From Betaproteobacteria bacterium (GTDB lineage Bacteria > Pseudomonadota > Gammaproteobacteria > Burkholderiales > CAIKXV01), in contig CANHBC010000003.1 in assembly GCA_947458835.1 (NCBI GenBank), positions 1 to 55,054 of the forward strand: a stretch of 55,054 nt of DNA. Reading direction: 5' to 3'. Shown here piece by piece: positions 19,066 to 31,766 of the stretch. The stretch's first letter is position 1; each line of letters opens with the position of its first letter. Below the pieces are notes generated by a model. It had not been told where the DNA came from. It made no database searches and was given only the letters and a program-made list of their open reading frames with translations. The translations under genes were made by a program, and so were the position numbers.

Positions 19066-19084
19066 AGGCTCATGGGGTGAGACA
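19066..19084 (-). promoter_or_regulatory. TGnCTCA-N5-TGAGnCA-like box, candidate WYL regulator site
   Basis: Minus strand TGTCTCACCCCATGAGCCT, then 9 nt, then CATGCT. Confidence 0.65.
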
Positions 19085-19176
19085 CTAATGATGAATAATA
19101 TGAATTACCACAATTAGCGAAATGATAGCCGCTATGTGGATTCGCTGCTAGCCTGTTTCCGGGAGGAGGGCTCATC

Positions 19177-20160
19177 ATGGATCGCACCGAAAGATTCCGA
19201 ACGATCACCCGCCTGGTCGGCCGGCCACAGGGCGCGTCGCTGCGGCAGCTGATGGACGCGCTGGAGGTCTCCCGCGCGACCCTGAATCGCGATCTCGAGT
19301 ACCTGCGCGACCGATTCAATGCACCGATTGAATGGAGCCGCGACGATGGCATCTACCGCCTGCAGGCGTCCGGTCCGAAGGGTCGGCGTTTCGAACTGCC
19401 CGGCCTGTGGTTCGACGAGCGCGAGATGCTCGCACTGCTCACGATGCAGCGGCTGGTAGGCGAATTGCAGCCGGGCCTGTTCTCGACGCAGATCAAGCCG
19501 CTGGCCGACCGGCTGCAGGCGCTGATCGGCGATGCGGGCCATCCGGCCAGGGAGATCAGCCGGCGGGTAAAGGTGCTTCCGATGGGTGTGCGGCACGCGA
19601 CGCTGGAGCATTTCGAGCGCGTCGCCAGCGCGCTGCTCGAGCGGCGGCGGCTGGTGATCCGCTACCGCAGTCGTGGTCGCGGGCAGGATACCGAGCGGGA
19701 AGTGTCGCCGCAGCGGTTGGTGCACTACCGCGACAACTGGTATCTCGACGCCTGGTGCCACCTGCGCGGAGACCTGCGCAAATTTTCGGTCGATGCGATC
19801 CACGCCGCGACCGTGCAGCGGACCAGGGCCGACGACCTACCCGAGGCCACACTCGACGAAGTGCTGTGGTCTGGCTACGGCATCTTCTCCGGAAAGGCGA
19901 CCAAGCTGGCGAAGCTGCGCTTCAGTGCCGAGCGCGCGCGTTGGGTTGCCTGCGAGGTGTGGCATCCGCAGCAGAAGGGCGCGTACCTTCCCGACGGGCG
20001 CTACGAACTTGAACTGCCGTACGCCAGCGAAATGGAGCTGGTGATGGACGTGATGAAGTACGGCGCGGAGTGCGAAGTGCTGGACCCGGCGGAACTGAGA
20101 CGGACGGTGAAGGAGCGTCTGGCGGAGGCGGGGAAGGTCTACGGGCGGGGCACCGGGTAA
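19177..20160 (+). CDS. HTH-WYL-WCX transcriptional regulator (YafY/PafB-like)
   Basis: LEVSRATLNRDLEYL HTH, REVSPQRLVHYRDNWYLDAWC, WHPQQ, YGAECEVLDP. Confidence 0.93.
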   Translation: MDRTERFRTITRLVGRPQGASLRQLMDALEVSRATLNRDLEYLRDRFNAPIEWSRDDGIYRLQASGPKGRRFELPGLWFDEREMLALLTMQRLVGELQPGLFSTQIKPLADRLQALIGDAGHPAREISRRVKVLPMGVRHATLEHFERVASALLERRRLVIRYRSRGRGQDTEREVSPQRLVHYRDNWYLDAWCHLRGDLRKFSVDAIHAATVQRTRADDLPEATLDEVLWSGYGIFSGKATKLAKLRFSAERARWVACEVWHPQQKGAYLPDGRYELELPYASEMELVMDVMKYGAECEVLDPAELRRTVKERLAEAGKVYGRGTG

Positions 20161-20254
20161 ACGCCCCGTCGAGCGTGATTTCCGAGCGGTCACCGCGCGA
20201 ATGATCTCCGGCTGAACGGACAGGCGTGGTGCCCGGTGGCGTTCCGTACAGCGT

Positions 20255-21244
20255 TCAGTTGGCCTTGATGCCGGCTGCCTTCACCACGCGGCCCCACTTC
20301 TCCATGTCCGCAGCCATGTAGGCACCGAACTGGGCTGGGGTCATCCGCAGCACCGTCGCGCCGTCGTTGTCGAGCTGCTTCCGGATCTCGGGCAACTCCT
20401 GCACCGCGGAGACTTCCCGGTGCAGGCGCTCGATGATGGCCGCCGGGATGCCGGCGGGCGCGAGCAGCCCGAACCAGTTCACCGTTTCGTAGTCGGGGAC
20501 GCCCGCTTCCGCGATCGGGGGCACGTCCGGCAGGATCGGGTTGCGCTGCAGGGATGCCACCCCCAGCGCGCGCAGCCGGCCGGCGCGCACGTGCGGCACG
20601 GTGGCCAGCAGGCCCCCGAACGTGAGGTTCGCATGCCCGGCGACGACATCGACGGTCGCAGCGCCTGCACCTTTGTAGGGCACGTGCAGCATGTCCACCT
20701 TCGCGGTGTAGCTGAACAGCTCGGCCGCGAGGTGGCTGACGCTGCCCACGCCCGCCGAGGCGTACTGCAGCTTGCCCGGATTCTTCCTGGCAAGGGCGAG
20801 CAGGTCCGCCACCGACCGGGCGGGCACGCCGGGATGCACCACCAGCACGACCGGGCTGCCCGCCACGATGGCCACCGGCGCGAACGACCGGATCGGGTCG
20901 AAACGGCCCTTGAGGTCGTACAGCCACGGACTGACCACGTGGGCCAGCGACGCCACCAGCAGCGTGTAGCCATCGCGCGCGGCATTGGCGGCCAGTTCGG
21001 TGCCGATGATGCCGCCGGCACCGGCGCGGTTGTCGACCACCATCTGCATGCCGAGGCGTTCGCTCATCGCCATCGCGACGATGCGACCGGTGACATCGCT
21101 GCCGCCGCCCGGCGGAAACGGGATGATCAGCCGGATGGGCTTGGCCGGATAGGCTTGCGCCACGGCCGTGCCGGCGCCTGCGGTTGCAAGTGCGAGTGCA
21201 GCTGCTCCGAGCATCGCTGCATGCAGCAGTGCGCGTGCCTTCAT
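20255..21244 (-). CDS. Bug/TctC solute-binding protein
   Basis: YPAKPIRLIIPFPPGGGSD, HVPYKG. Confidence 0.92.
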   Translation of the reverse strand: MKARALLHAAMLGAAALALATAGAGTAVAQAYPAKPIRLIIPFPPGGGSDVTGRIVAMAMSERLGMQMVVDNRAGAGGIIGTELAANAARDGYTLLVASLAHVVSPWLYDLKGRFDPIRSFAPVAIVAGSPVVLVVHPGVPARSVADLLALARKNPGKLQYASAGVGSVSHLAAELFSYTAKVDMLHVPYKGAGAATVDVVAGHANLTFGGLLATVPHVRAGRLRALGVASLQRNPILPDVPPIAEAGVPDYETVNWFGLLAPAGIPAAIIERLHREVSAVQELPEIRKQLDNDGATVLRMTPAQFGAYMAADMEKWGRVVKAAGIKAN

Positions 21245-21246
21245 GC

Positions 21247-22371
21247 TCAGGCGTCCTGCCACACGGAACGCGCGGTCTCGGCGAGCAGGCGCAGCTTCGC
21301 GAACTGCTGGTCGGCCGTCATTACCGTGTTGCCGACGTTGCCAGAGAAGCCGCACTGCGGGCTCAGGCACAGCCGGTCCATCGAGACGAACGCCGAGGCC
21401 TCCTGGATGCGCGCGCGCAGCATCTCCGGCTGCTCTAGGTCCGGCGACTTGGTCGTCACCAGGCCGAGCGCGACGGTCTTGTCCTCGGGCATGTACTTCA
21501 GTGCATCAATCGGACCCGCGCGCGGGCTGTCGAACTCGAGGAAGTAGAAGCGCGCGTTGAGCCGCCGGAACAGCTGGTCGGCCATGAACTCGTAGCCGGC
21601 ATCGGCCTGCCAGAAGCCGAGCCGGTTGCCACGGCAGACATGGATGCCGACGGTCATGCCCGCCGGTGCGGTGGCGATCACCGCGTTGATCACCTCGACA
21701 TAGGTCTCGACCAGCGTGCGCCAGTCTTCGCCGCGTCGTTCCAGCACCGCCCGGATTTCCGGGTCGCCGAACTTCACCAGTGACGTCTCGTCGATCTGCA
21801 GGTAGGTGCAGCCGGCCGCATGCAGCGCGGCGAACTCCTGGCGGTAGACCTCGATCACGTCGGCCCAGAAGCCGTCGAGCGAAGTGTACGCATCGCGCAG
21901 GATGGCATCGTTGCCGCCCATGAAGTGCAGCACGATCGGCGAGGGAACCGTCATCTTCGGCGTGCACTGCGTGATCGAACGCACGAATGCGAGGTGCTCG
22001 GCGAAGATCGGACCGGTCCAGCGCAGCGGCTTGTGGATGACGAGCTTCTCGACCGGGATGGTGTCGCCCTTGGCGTTGCGATGGACGAAGTCGCCCGGCT
22101 CCGCCTTCAGGCCGCCGGATCCGAGCGCCTTGCGGAAGAAATCGACGATGTAGTTCTGCCGGCGGAACTCGCCGTCGCTCACCACGCGCAGGCCGGCCGC
22201 CTCCTGCCGGGCGACGACTTCGCGGATCGCTTCGTCCTCGATGACACGCAGTTCGTCGTCCGACAGCAGGCGTTTGCGGCGCTGCTCGCGCGCTTCGATG
22301 AGATGGGCGGGCCGCAGCAGGCTGCCGACCTGGTCGGCGCGGAAGGGGGGGGAATGCGGAGCAGCGATCAT
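21247..22371 (-). CDS. Cobalamin-independent methionine synthase II-like (single-barrel MetE/YxjH type)
   Basis: RADQVGSLLRP, DGEFRR, YLQIDE, HVCRGN, LSPQCGF. Confidence 0.88.
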   Translation of the reverse strand: MIAAPHSPPFRADQVGSLLRPAHLIEAREQRRKRLLSDDELRVIEDEAIREVVARQEAAGLRVVSDGEFRRQNYIVDFFRKALGSGGLKAEPGDFVHRNAKGDTIPVEKLVIHKPLRWTGPIFAEHLAFVRSITQCTPKMTVPSPIVLHFMGGNDAILRDAYTSLDGFWADVIEVYRQEFAALHAAGCTYLQIDETSLVKFGDPEIRAVLERRGEDWRTLVETYVEVINAVIATAPAGMTVGIHVCRGNRLGFWQADAGYEFMADQLFRRLNARFYFLEFDSPRAGPIDALKYMPEDKTVALGLVTTKSPDLEQPEMLRARIQEASAFVSMDRLCLSPQCGFSGNVGNTVMTADQQFAKLRLLAETARSVWQDA

Positions 22372-22423
22372 GTTCTTGTCCCTGATATATGGAGGTTCTT
22401 GTCTTCGACCGCCCGGCTACGGC

Positions 22424-22945
22424 TCAGCGACCGGCCTTCGCTCGCCGGCGCTGCTCCGACATCCGAATCGCCGCCTCGATCGTGGCCGGATGCCGCGCAT
22501 GTGGCGTGCACATCCGGTGCGGCAGCGGCCTGATGCCGACGCGGTACAGGTCGAGCCGGTCGGCGTCCCAGCAGGCGATGATGGCCGGGTTCGACACCGT
22601 GTGCCCGTCGCTGTGCAGCCGCATGGCCTCGCACAGCTGCTCGAACTCGGTGGGCGACAGTTCGGTGATCGCGCCGTCGCGCCGCTGCCGGGTGGCGAAG
22701 TCCGCGGCGCGGTGCCCGTGCAGAGGGTCGCGGCCGTCGTCGTGGCGCTGGCTGTCGTGCAGGTACGCGAACCACGCGAGGATCGACGGATTCACGTCTG
22801 CGGCTCGCGCCAGCTGCTGGCCGTGGTACCAGACGCGGCTCCAGTGCGGCAGGCCGTGGATGCCGCCGCCGTAGTTGAGCCGGAACTGCGGCCGGACGAT
22901 GGCGAGAGCCTTGCGGATGATGTGGGTCGAGGGGGCGGCTGGCAT
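22424..22945 (-). CDS. HD-superfamily phosphohydrolase
   Basis: HGLPHWSRV, AYLHDSQR, DPLHGHRAA, CWDADRLDL. Confidence 0.82.
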   Translation of the reverse strand: MPAAPSTHIIRKALAIVRPQFRLNYGGGIHGLPHWSRVWYHGQQLARAADVNPSILAWFAYLHDSQRHDDGRDPLHGHRAADFATRQRRDGAITELSPTEFEQLCEAMRLHSDGHTVSNPAIIACWDADRLDLYRVGIRPLPHRMCTPHARHPATIEAAIRMSEQRRRAKAGR

Positions 22946-23057
22946 CGCTGGGACTTGTCGAAGCACGGTATGCTCTTCGATCGTACCTAAAGAACAGGCT
23001 GGCCGGGTGCAGACGTCGACGCCATCGGCGCGCACGACCGGCAGCGGAGGAGGACGG

Positions 23058-25822
<2,765 letters not shown>

Positions 25823-25826
<4 letters not shown>

Positions 25827-26851
25827 AATGCATCCATGCCCGAATCGTCGCCCGAATCGCCGCCCGAATCGCCGCCCGGCCGCCCGCCGCCGCAGTGGGC
25901 TGCTGCCTGCTGCCGCTCGCGGTGGCGGCGCAGGCACAGCCGGCGCCAGCCGATTACCCGGTGAAGTCGGTCCTGTTTATGGTCCCGCAGGCGGCCGGCG
26001 GCTCCACCGACACGCTCGCGCGCCTGATCGGCCAGCGCCTGGGCGATGCGCTCGGCGTGACGGTGGTGATCGAGAACCGTCCCGGCGCGAACGGCATCAT
26101 CGGCACCGAGGCCGCGCTCAAGGCTGCGCCTAATGGCGGTACGCTGATCGTCAGCGGCACCGGCATCATGGCGATCAATCCTTCCCTGTATCCGAAGCTG
26201 TCCTACGACCCTGTGCGCAACTTCGTGGCAGTGGCCAACTTCGGCTACTCGACCAGCGTGCTGGTCGCGCATCCGTCGCTGCCGGTGAAGACCATCGCCG
26301 ACGTGATCGCGCTGGCGAAGAAGAAACCCGGCGCGATCAAGTACGCCTCGGCTGGGGTGGGCAGCTCGCCGCACCTGTCGGCCGCGCTGTTCCAGCACCT
26401 GTCCGGCGTGGACATCCTGCATGTGCCGTACAAGGGCAGCACGCCGGGCGTGAGCGCCACCCTCACCGGCGAGACCGAGATCATGTTCACGGGCGTCGCT
26501 TCGGCGCTGTCGTTCATCAAGGCCGGGCGGCTGCGCGCGATCTCGATCAACGGGCCTCGGCGCAGCCCCGCGCTGCCGGCCGTGCCCACGGCGGGTGAAT
26601 CCGGCCTGCCCGGTTTCGAGGCGGACTTCTGGATCGGTCTGTTCGCACCGGCCGGCCTGCCGCGTCCGCTGGTCACGCGGCTCAACGCAGAGGTGAACCG
26701 TATCCTCAACGCCGACGGCATGCGCGAGCGGCTGGGCGAACTGGGCGTGGATGCGGTGCCGGGGACGCCGGAGCAGTTCGGCGAACTGCTCGCACGCGAC
26801 ATCGAGCGCTGGGCGAAGGCGGTGCGGGCCGCGGGGCTGAAGGGAGAGTGA
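25823..26851 (+). CDS. Bug/TctC solute-binding protein
   Basis: YPVKSVLFMVPQAAGGSTD, HVPYKG. ATGA overlap with acnA. Confidence 0.92.
25838..25878 (+). repeat. 12-bp tandem repeat (GCCCGAATCGYC x3.4) in signal-peptide region
   Basis: gcccgaatcgtc gcccgaatcgcc gcccgaatcgcc gcccg, encoding ARIV-ARIA-ARIA-AR. Confidence 0.85.
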
Positions 26852-27102
26852 TCGGCCAGGGCGCTCGCCGCCAGCCTGGCTGGTGGCGAGCGCCGGGACG
26901 GACAGGCGGGCCCGGCGCTCCGGGTGCCAGCCTGGGCTGCAGGTATGCAGCGAACGCCTTCGGGGGCCGCGGCCGACTGATCCAGTGCAACGGCGTTGGT
27001 GCGCGCCACGGTCTGTCGTCCTAGAATGCCGGGAAAGGTCGCCGCTCCTCGAGACCAGACGCCGAATCCATCGACGCCGTGGCGAGCGACCCGGGAGGAC
27101 GC

Positions 27103-28074
27103 ATGGATACCCTGTACCGTCGTTCGGTCGCCGCGCTCGCGATCGCCGTATTGCCGGTTGCTGCCCTCGCTCAAGGGTTTCCGGGCAAGCCGATGCGCAT
27201 GGTCGTGCCCACTGCACCGGGCGGATCCGCGGATATCATGGGTCGGCTGGTCGCTGACCACCTCAACAAGCGGCTCGGCCAGCCGGTCGTGGTCGACAAT
27301 CGCCCCGGCGCCGGCCAGACGATCGCCACGACGGCGGTGGCGCGTGGCGAACCGGATGGCCACACGCTGCTGCTGGTGACGGTGAGCTACGTCATCAACC
27401 CGGCGATCTATCCCAAGCTTCCCTACGACCCTGCTGCCGACCTCACTGGCGTGGCCATGGTCGGTCGGGGACCGTTGCTGCTGGCCGTGCACCCGTCACT
27501 GCCGGCGCGCTCGGTGAAGGAACTGGTCGCGCTCGGGCGCACGCGCACGAACCGGCTCGACTACGGCAGTGCCGGCAGCGGAACCATTCCGCACCTCGCC
27601 GGTGAGCTGTTCGCAAGCTACGCCAGGGTGCCGATGGTCCACGTGCCATACAAGGGCATTGCACCCGCGGTGGCCGGAGCGGTCGCGGGCGAGGTGCCGG
27701 TGGTGTTCTCCAGCACGCCGGCGGTGGTACCCATGGTGAAGGCGCAGCGGCTGCGCGCGCTGGCGGTCACCACGGCCACGCGCGCTGCGTTCATGCCGGA
27801 GCTGCCTACCGTCGTCGAGTCAGGGGTGCCCGGCTACGATGTCGCGACCTGGTGGGGCGTGCTGGCTCCGGCCAGGACGCCAGCGGCCATCGTGCAGCGG
27901 CTCAATGACGAGATCCGCAAGGCCATGGCCTCCGATGATGCGACCAGCGTCATCCTCGCCAACGGCGCTGCGCCGGAGCTGAACATGACGCCCGATCAGT
28001 TCAACGCGATGCTGCGCACCGAGATCGCGACCTGGAAGAAGATCGTCCAGGACCGCAGCATCAAGGCCGAGTGA
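27103..28074 (+). CDS. Bug/TctC solute-binding protein
   Basis: FPGKPMRMVVPTAPGGSAD, HVPYKG. GGGAGG RBS. Confidence 0.92.
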   Translation: MDTLYRRSVAALAIAVLPVAALAQGFPGKPMRMVVPTAPGGSADIMGRLVADHLNKRLGQPVVVDNRPGAGQTIATTAVARGEPDGHTLLLVTVSYVINPAIYPKLPYDPAADLTGVAMVGRGPLLLAVHPSLPARSVKELVALGRTRTNRLDYGSAGSGTIPHLAGELFASYARVPMVHVPYKGIAPAVAGAVAGEVPVVFSSTPAVVPMVKAQRLRALAVTTATRAAFMPELPTVVESGVPGYDVATWWGVLAPARTPAAIVQRLNDEIRKAMASDDATSVILANGAAPELNMTPDQFNAMLRTEIATWKKIVQDRSIKAE

Positions 28075-28978
28075 CCAGCCCCAGCGCTTCCAGCATGCGC
28101 TCGGTGAACGCGCGCTCATGGTCGAGGAAGGCGCCGAGCGCGGGGCCAGTCATGAAGTGGTCGGTCCAGTGGTGTGCCGCCAGTTCGTCCTGCCACCCGG
28201 CATGCCGTACCGCCTCGCCGAGCAGGCCCGTCCAGTAGTCGAGCGCATCCGGGCCGATGCTGGGCGCGGCCAGCACGCCGCGCCACTGTCCGATCACGCA
28301 CGGCACCGCGCACTCGGTCCATGTCGGCGCATCGGCGAACGCGCCCGACAGGCGCGCGGGCGAGGACACGACCAGCGTGCGCACCTGGCCAGCCTCGACC
28401 GCCCTGCGCGCGCTGACGGCGGAGACCACGCCCAGCTGCGCGTGGCCGGCGACCACGTCGTCCACGGCATGCGGCGCCGATTCGAACACGCGCAGCTGCA
28501 GCGCGCGCGGATCCCCGCCCAGGTGGTTCACGAGCTGCCCCATCGCGATGTGGCTGGTACTGCCGATGGCGGTAGCCAGCGCGATCGTCAGCGCGGCAGG
28601 GTCGGCCGACAGGCGGTCGAGCAGCGACATCGCATCCGGCAGGTCGCAATCGCTGCGCACGACGAAGGCCAGGTATTCGGTGAACAGGTTCGCTGCCGGG
28701 GTCAGGGCCGCATGGTCGATGTCGCTGGTGCCGAGGATGCGATTGCTCATCAGCGGCGGGGCGCTGATCGACAGCACATGCGGATCGCCCGCCCGCGCCC
28801 GCAAGGCGTTCCACGCATGCCCGCCACCGTTACCCGGCAGGTTGGTAAGACGGACCGGCACGTCGATGCGCCTGGCGGCCTCGAGGATGCGCACCAGCGT
28901 GCGCGCCGGACGGTCCTGGCCACCGCCGGGCGGTGTGCCGAGGATGAACTCGATGTCGCGGGAGGGACTCCAGGACAC
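28061..28978 (-). CDS. TctC-like protein apparently lacking a signal peptide
   Basis: GTG-SWSPSRDIEFILGTPPGGGQD, NLPGNGG, APTWTE, WRGVLA. Confidence 0.75.
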   Translation of the reverse strand: MSWSPSRDIEFILGTPPGGGQDRPARTLVRILEAARRIDVPVRLTNLPGNGGGHAWNALRARAGDPHVLSISAPPLMSNRILGTSDIDHAALTPAANLFTEYLAFVVRSDCDLPDAMSLLDRLSADPAALTIALATAIGSTSHIAMGQLVNHLGGDPRALQLRVFESAPHAVDDVVAGHAQLGVVSAVSARRAVEAGQVRTLVVSSPARLSGAFADAPTWTECAVPCVIGQWRGVLAAPSIGPDALDYWTGLLGEAVRHAGWQDELAAHHWTDHFMTGPALGAFLDHERAFTERMLEALGLVTRP

Positions 28979-28980
28979 GG

Positions 28981-29325
28981 CTAAACCCGCTTCAACCTTT
29001 CCAGCATCTTCTCGGGCGTGAACGGTACCGACCGCATGCGCACGCCCGTGGCATCGAAGATGGCGTTGGAGATCGCCGAGGGCACGACTGCCGCCGTCGG
29101 CTCGCCGGCACCCCAGGGAGCCTCGCGCAGCCGGTCGACCAGGGGCGCGCGCGACACGGACTGCCCTGCGGGGATCCACGCCCCGGAGTTCCAGGCGACC
29201 ACGTTCCCCCAGCTGTCGAGGGCGGCGGTGTATTCGATCAGCGTCGGCGGGCCCTTCGGATCCCAGACGTGCTCGTCGGCGCGGCTCCACTGCACGCGTA
29301 CCGGCAGCGCGAACGTGCGTGCCAT
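28981..29325 (-). pseudogene. Remnant of xanthine dehydrogenase/aldehyde oxidoreductase Mo-binding subunit
   Basis: PVRVQWSRADEHVWDPKGP (mid-protein) joined to the C-terminal GAGEP...AISNAIFDATGVRMRSVPFTP. Confidence 0.75.
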
Positions 29326-29533
29326 GTGCCTCCCCCCTCGCTGGTTTCCGCTCTGAACGGCGTATCCGCTGAGGAGCATACACCGTGCGTCATCGTAGGG
29401 CGGTGGCGACACGGCCGGGTCCTGTATGGACGCCTCGCCCGCGCCCGCAGCCACGGTGAATCCTGCTGTCACGAAAGCGTGATCTTCGCCTGCTAGAACA
29501 CGGCGATTCAGGATTTCACACAGGAGCAACTCG

Positions 29534-31735
29534 ATGGGCATCCACGATCCGCAGGCACGGCCGGACGCAGGAGGGCGCACGCCCGCGATCGATGAGGTCG
29601 TCGCGGAGCGGCTGGCGAACCCCGCACGTCGCGGAGTACTCGCCGGTGGCGCGGTCGCTGGCGCGCTGGCGCTGTTCTCCGGTGCAGCCGCAAGGCCTGC
29701 CATGGCAGCAGAGGCGCCACAGCGTGCCCGGCGTCGTCCGGCCCGGCTGGGCTTCAAGCCAGTGGCGCGCCATCGCAGCGACGTGCTGTCCGTGCCCGAG
29801 GGCTACACCGCCAGCGTGCTGTTCCGCCTCGGTGATCCGATGGCTGCAAACGTGCCGGCGTACCGCAACGACGGCACCGATCCGGCCGCGACGTTCGCGC
29901 ACCGGGCTGGCGATCATCACGACGCGATCGAGTATTTCGGGATCGGCGCCGACGGCCGGCCGGTACCCAGCAGCGAGCGTGGCCTCCTCGTGATGAACCA
30001 TGAGGCGATCACCGCGGTGTTCCTGCATCCGAACGGGCCATCGGTGGCCGGTACGGGGAATGCGCGGATGCGTACCTCGGCCGAGGAAGTGCTTCGCGAG
30101 TACTACGTGCACGGCGTGGCCGTGGTCGAAGTCGAGCGCGACGCGGCGGGCCGCTGGAGCTACCGCCAGGACTCACGCTTCAACCGTCGGGTGCACACCC
30201 TGACCGATGCTGCACTCAGCGGCCCGGCGGCCGGTACGCCCTACATGGTGACCCGGTATTCGCCCAACGGCACCCGCACCCGCGGTACGGTCAACAACTG
30301 TGCCCACGGGTGCACGCCCTGGAACACCTACCTCACCTGCGAGGAGAACTTCGCCAACTACTTCCGGCGCATCACGGCCGACGACGACCCGAAGCGCACC
30401 GCCAACGAGCGCGCGTCGTTCCGGCGCTACGGTATCGGTGGCATCGGCCGGGAGCTCTGGGCGACGGTCACCCCGGACACACCCGACGACCTCTACGGCC
30501 GCTGGAACGCCGAGGTGCGGGGTGCGAGTGCGGCCGAGGACTACCGCAACGTACCGAACACCTATGGCTGGGTGGTGGAGATAGACCCCTTCGACCCGAA
30601 CGCGGTACCGCGCAAGCGCACCGGACTGGGCCGCTTCGCGCACGAGGGGTGCTGGCTGGCGCCGGTGCGTGCCGGACGACCGCTGGTCTGGTACAGCGGC
30701 GACGACTCGCGCGGCGAGTACATCTACAAGTATGTCTCCGATGCACCGTGGGATCCGGCCGACGCCAGCCGGGGCATCGCCGCCGGCGACAAGTACCTCG
30801 ATGCCGGCAGGCTGTACGCCGCGCGCTTCAATGCCGACGGCACGGGTGAGTGGCTCGAACTTCGCCATGGCAGCGCGGCCATCAACGCCGCCAGCAAGGG
30901 CTATGCGTTCGCGGACCAGGCCGACGTGCTGATCAACGTGCGACTGGCCGCCGACGCGGTGGGTGCGACCCGGATGGATCGCCCGGAATGGGGCGCCGTG
31001 GACCCGCTCACCGGCGAGGTCTACATGACGCTCACCAACAACAGCGAAGCGATGCGCCCGCTGTCGGCGGTCGATGCAGCCAACCCGCGCCACTACAACG
31101 ACGCGCGCACCAACGGCTCCGCCCAGCGCGGCAATCCGAACGGCCACATCATCCGCTGGCAGGAGGCTCGCAACGATCCCGCGGCGGCAGCCTTCCGCTG
31201 GGATATCTACCTGTTCGGCGCGCGCGCCGGTTCGAACCCGGAGAACGTCAACCTCTCGGGGCTGACCGCTGACAACGACTTCTCCAGTCCGGACGGGCTC
31301 TGGTTCTCGCCAGCGACCAGCCTGTGCTGGATCCAGACCGACGACGGGGCCTATACCGATGTCACCAACTGCATGATGCTGGCGGCGATCCCGGGGCGCG
31401 TGGGCGATGGCGGCGAACAGGCGAGACGTACCGTCGTCAGTACCGACTCGAAGGGCGGCGTGCGCGAGGTGCAGACGTTCGTTGGTGCAGCGCCGGGTGA
31501 CCGGTTGCGGCGGTTCCTGGTCGGGCCGGTCCAGTGCGAGATCACCGGCGTCACCGAAACACCCGACGGACGCACGATGTTCGTCAACATCCAGCATCCG
31601 GGTGAGGACACCCGCATTGCCGACATCGGCAACCCTGCCGCCTGGCCGAGCCACTGGCCTGAGGGCGGTAGCGCACGTCCGCGCTCGGCGACCGTGGTCA
31701 TCACGCGCAACGACGGCGGGCAGATCGGCATCTGA
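29534..31735 (+). CDS. phoX: PhoX-family (DUF839) alkaline phosphatase, Tat-exported
   Basis: ARRGVL Tat motif, NHE, TVNNCA, TCEEN, GRFAHEG, MDRPEW, SPDGL, CEITG, NIQHPG. Confidence 0.93.
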   Translation: MGIHDPQARPDAGGRTPAIDEVVAERLANPARRGVLAGGAVAGALALFSGAAARPAMAAEAPQRARRRPARLGFKPVARHRSDVLSVPEGYTASVLFRLGDPMAANVPAYRNDGTDPAATFAHRAGDHHDAIEYFGIGADGRPVPSSERGLLVMNHEAITAVFLHPNGPSVAGTGNARMRTSAEEVLREYYVHGVAVVEVERDAAGRWSYRQDSRFNRRVHTLTDAALSGPAAGTPYMVTRYSPNGTRTRGTVNNCAHGCTPWNTYLTCEENFANYFRRITADDDPKRTANERASFRRYGIGGIGRELWATVTPDTPDDLYGRWNAEVRGASAAEDYRNVPNTYGWVVEIDPFDPNAVPRKRTGLGRFAHEGCWLAPVRAGRPLVWYSGDDSRGEYIYKYVSDAPWDPADASRGIAAGDKYLDAGRLYAARFNADGTGEWLELRHGSAAINAASKGYAFADQADVLINVRLAADAVGATRMDRPEWGAVDPLTGEVYMTLTNNSEAMRPLSAVDAANPRHYNDARTNGSAQRGNPNGHIIRWQEARNDPAAAAFRWDIYLFGARAGSNPENVNLSGLTADNDFSSPDGLWFSPATSLCWIQTDDGAYTDVTNCMMLAAIPGRVGDGGEQARRTVVSTDSKGGVREVQTFVGAAPGDRLRRFLVGPVQCEITGVTETPDGRTMFVNIQHPGEDTRIADIGNPAAWPSHWPEGGSARPRSATVVITRNDGGQIGI

Positions 31736-31766
31736 GCGCGGCCTTGCGCGGGTGGTCGTGGGGCGC

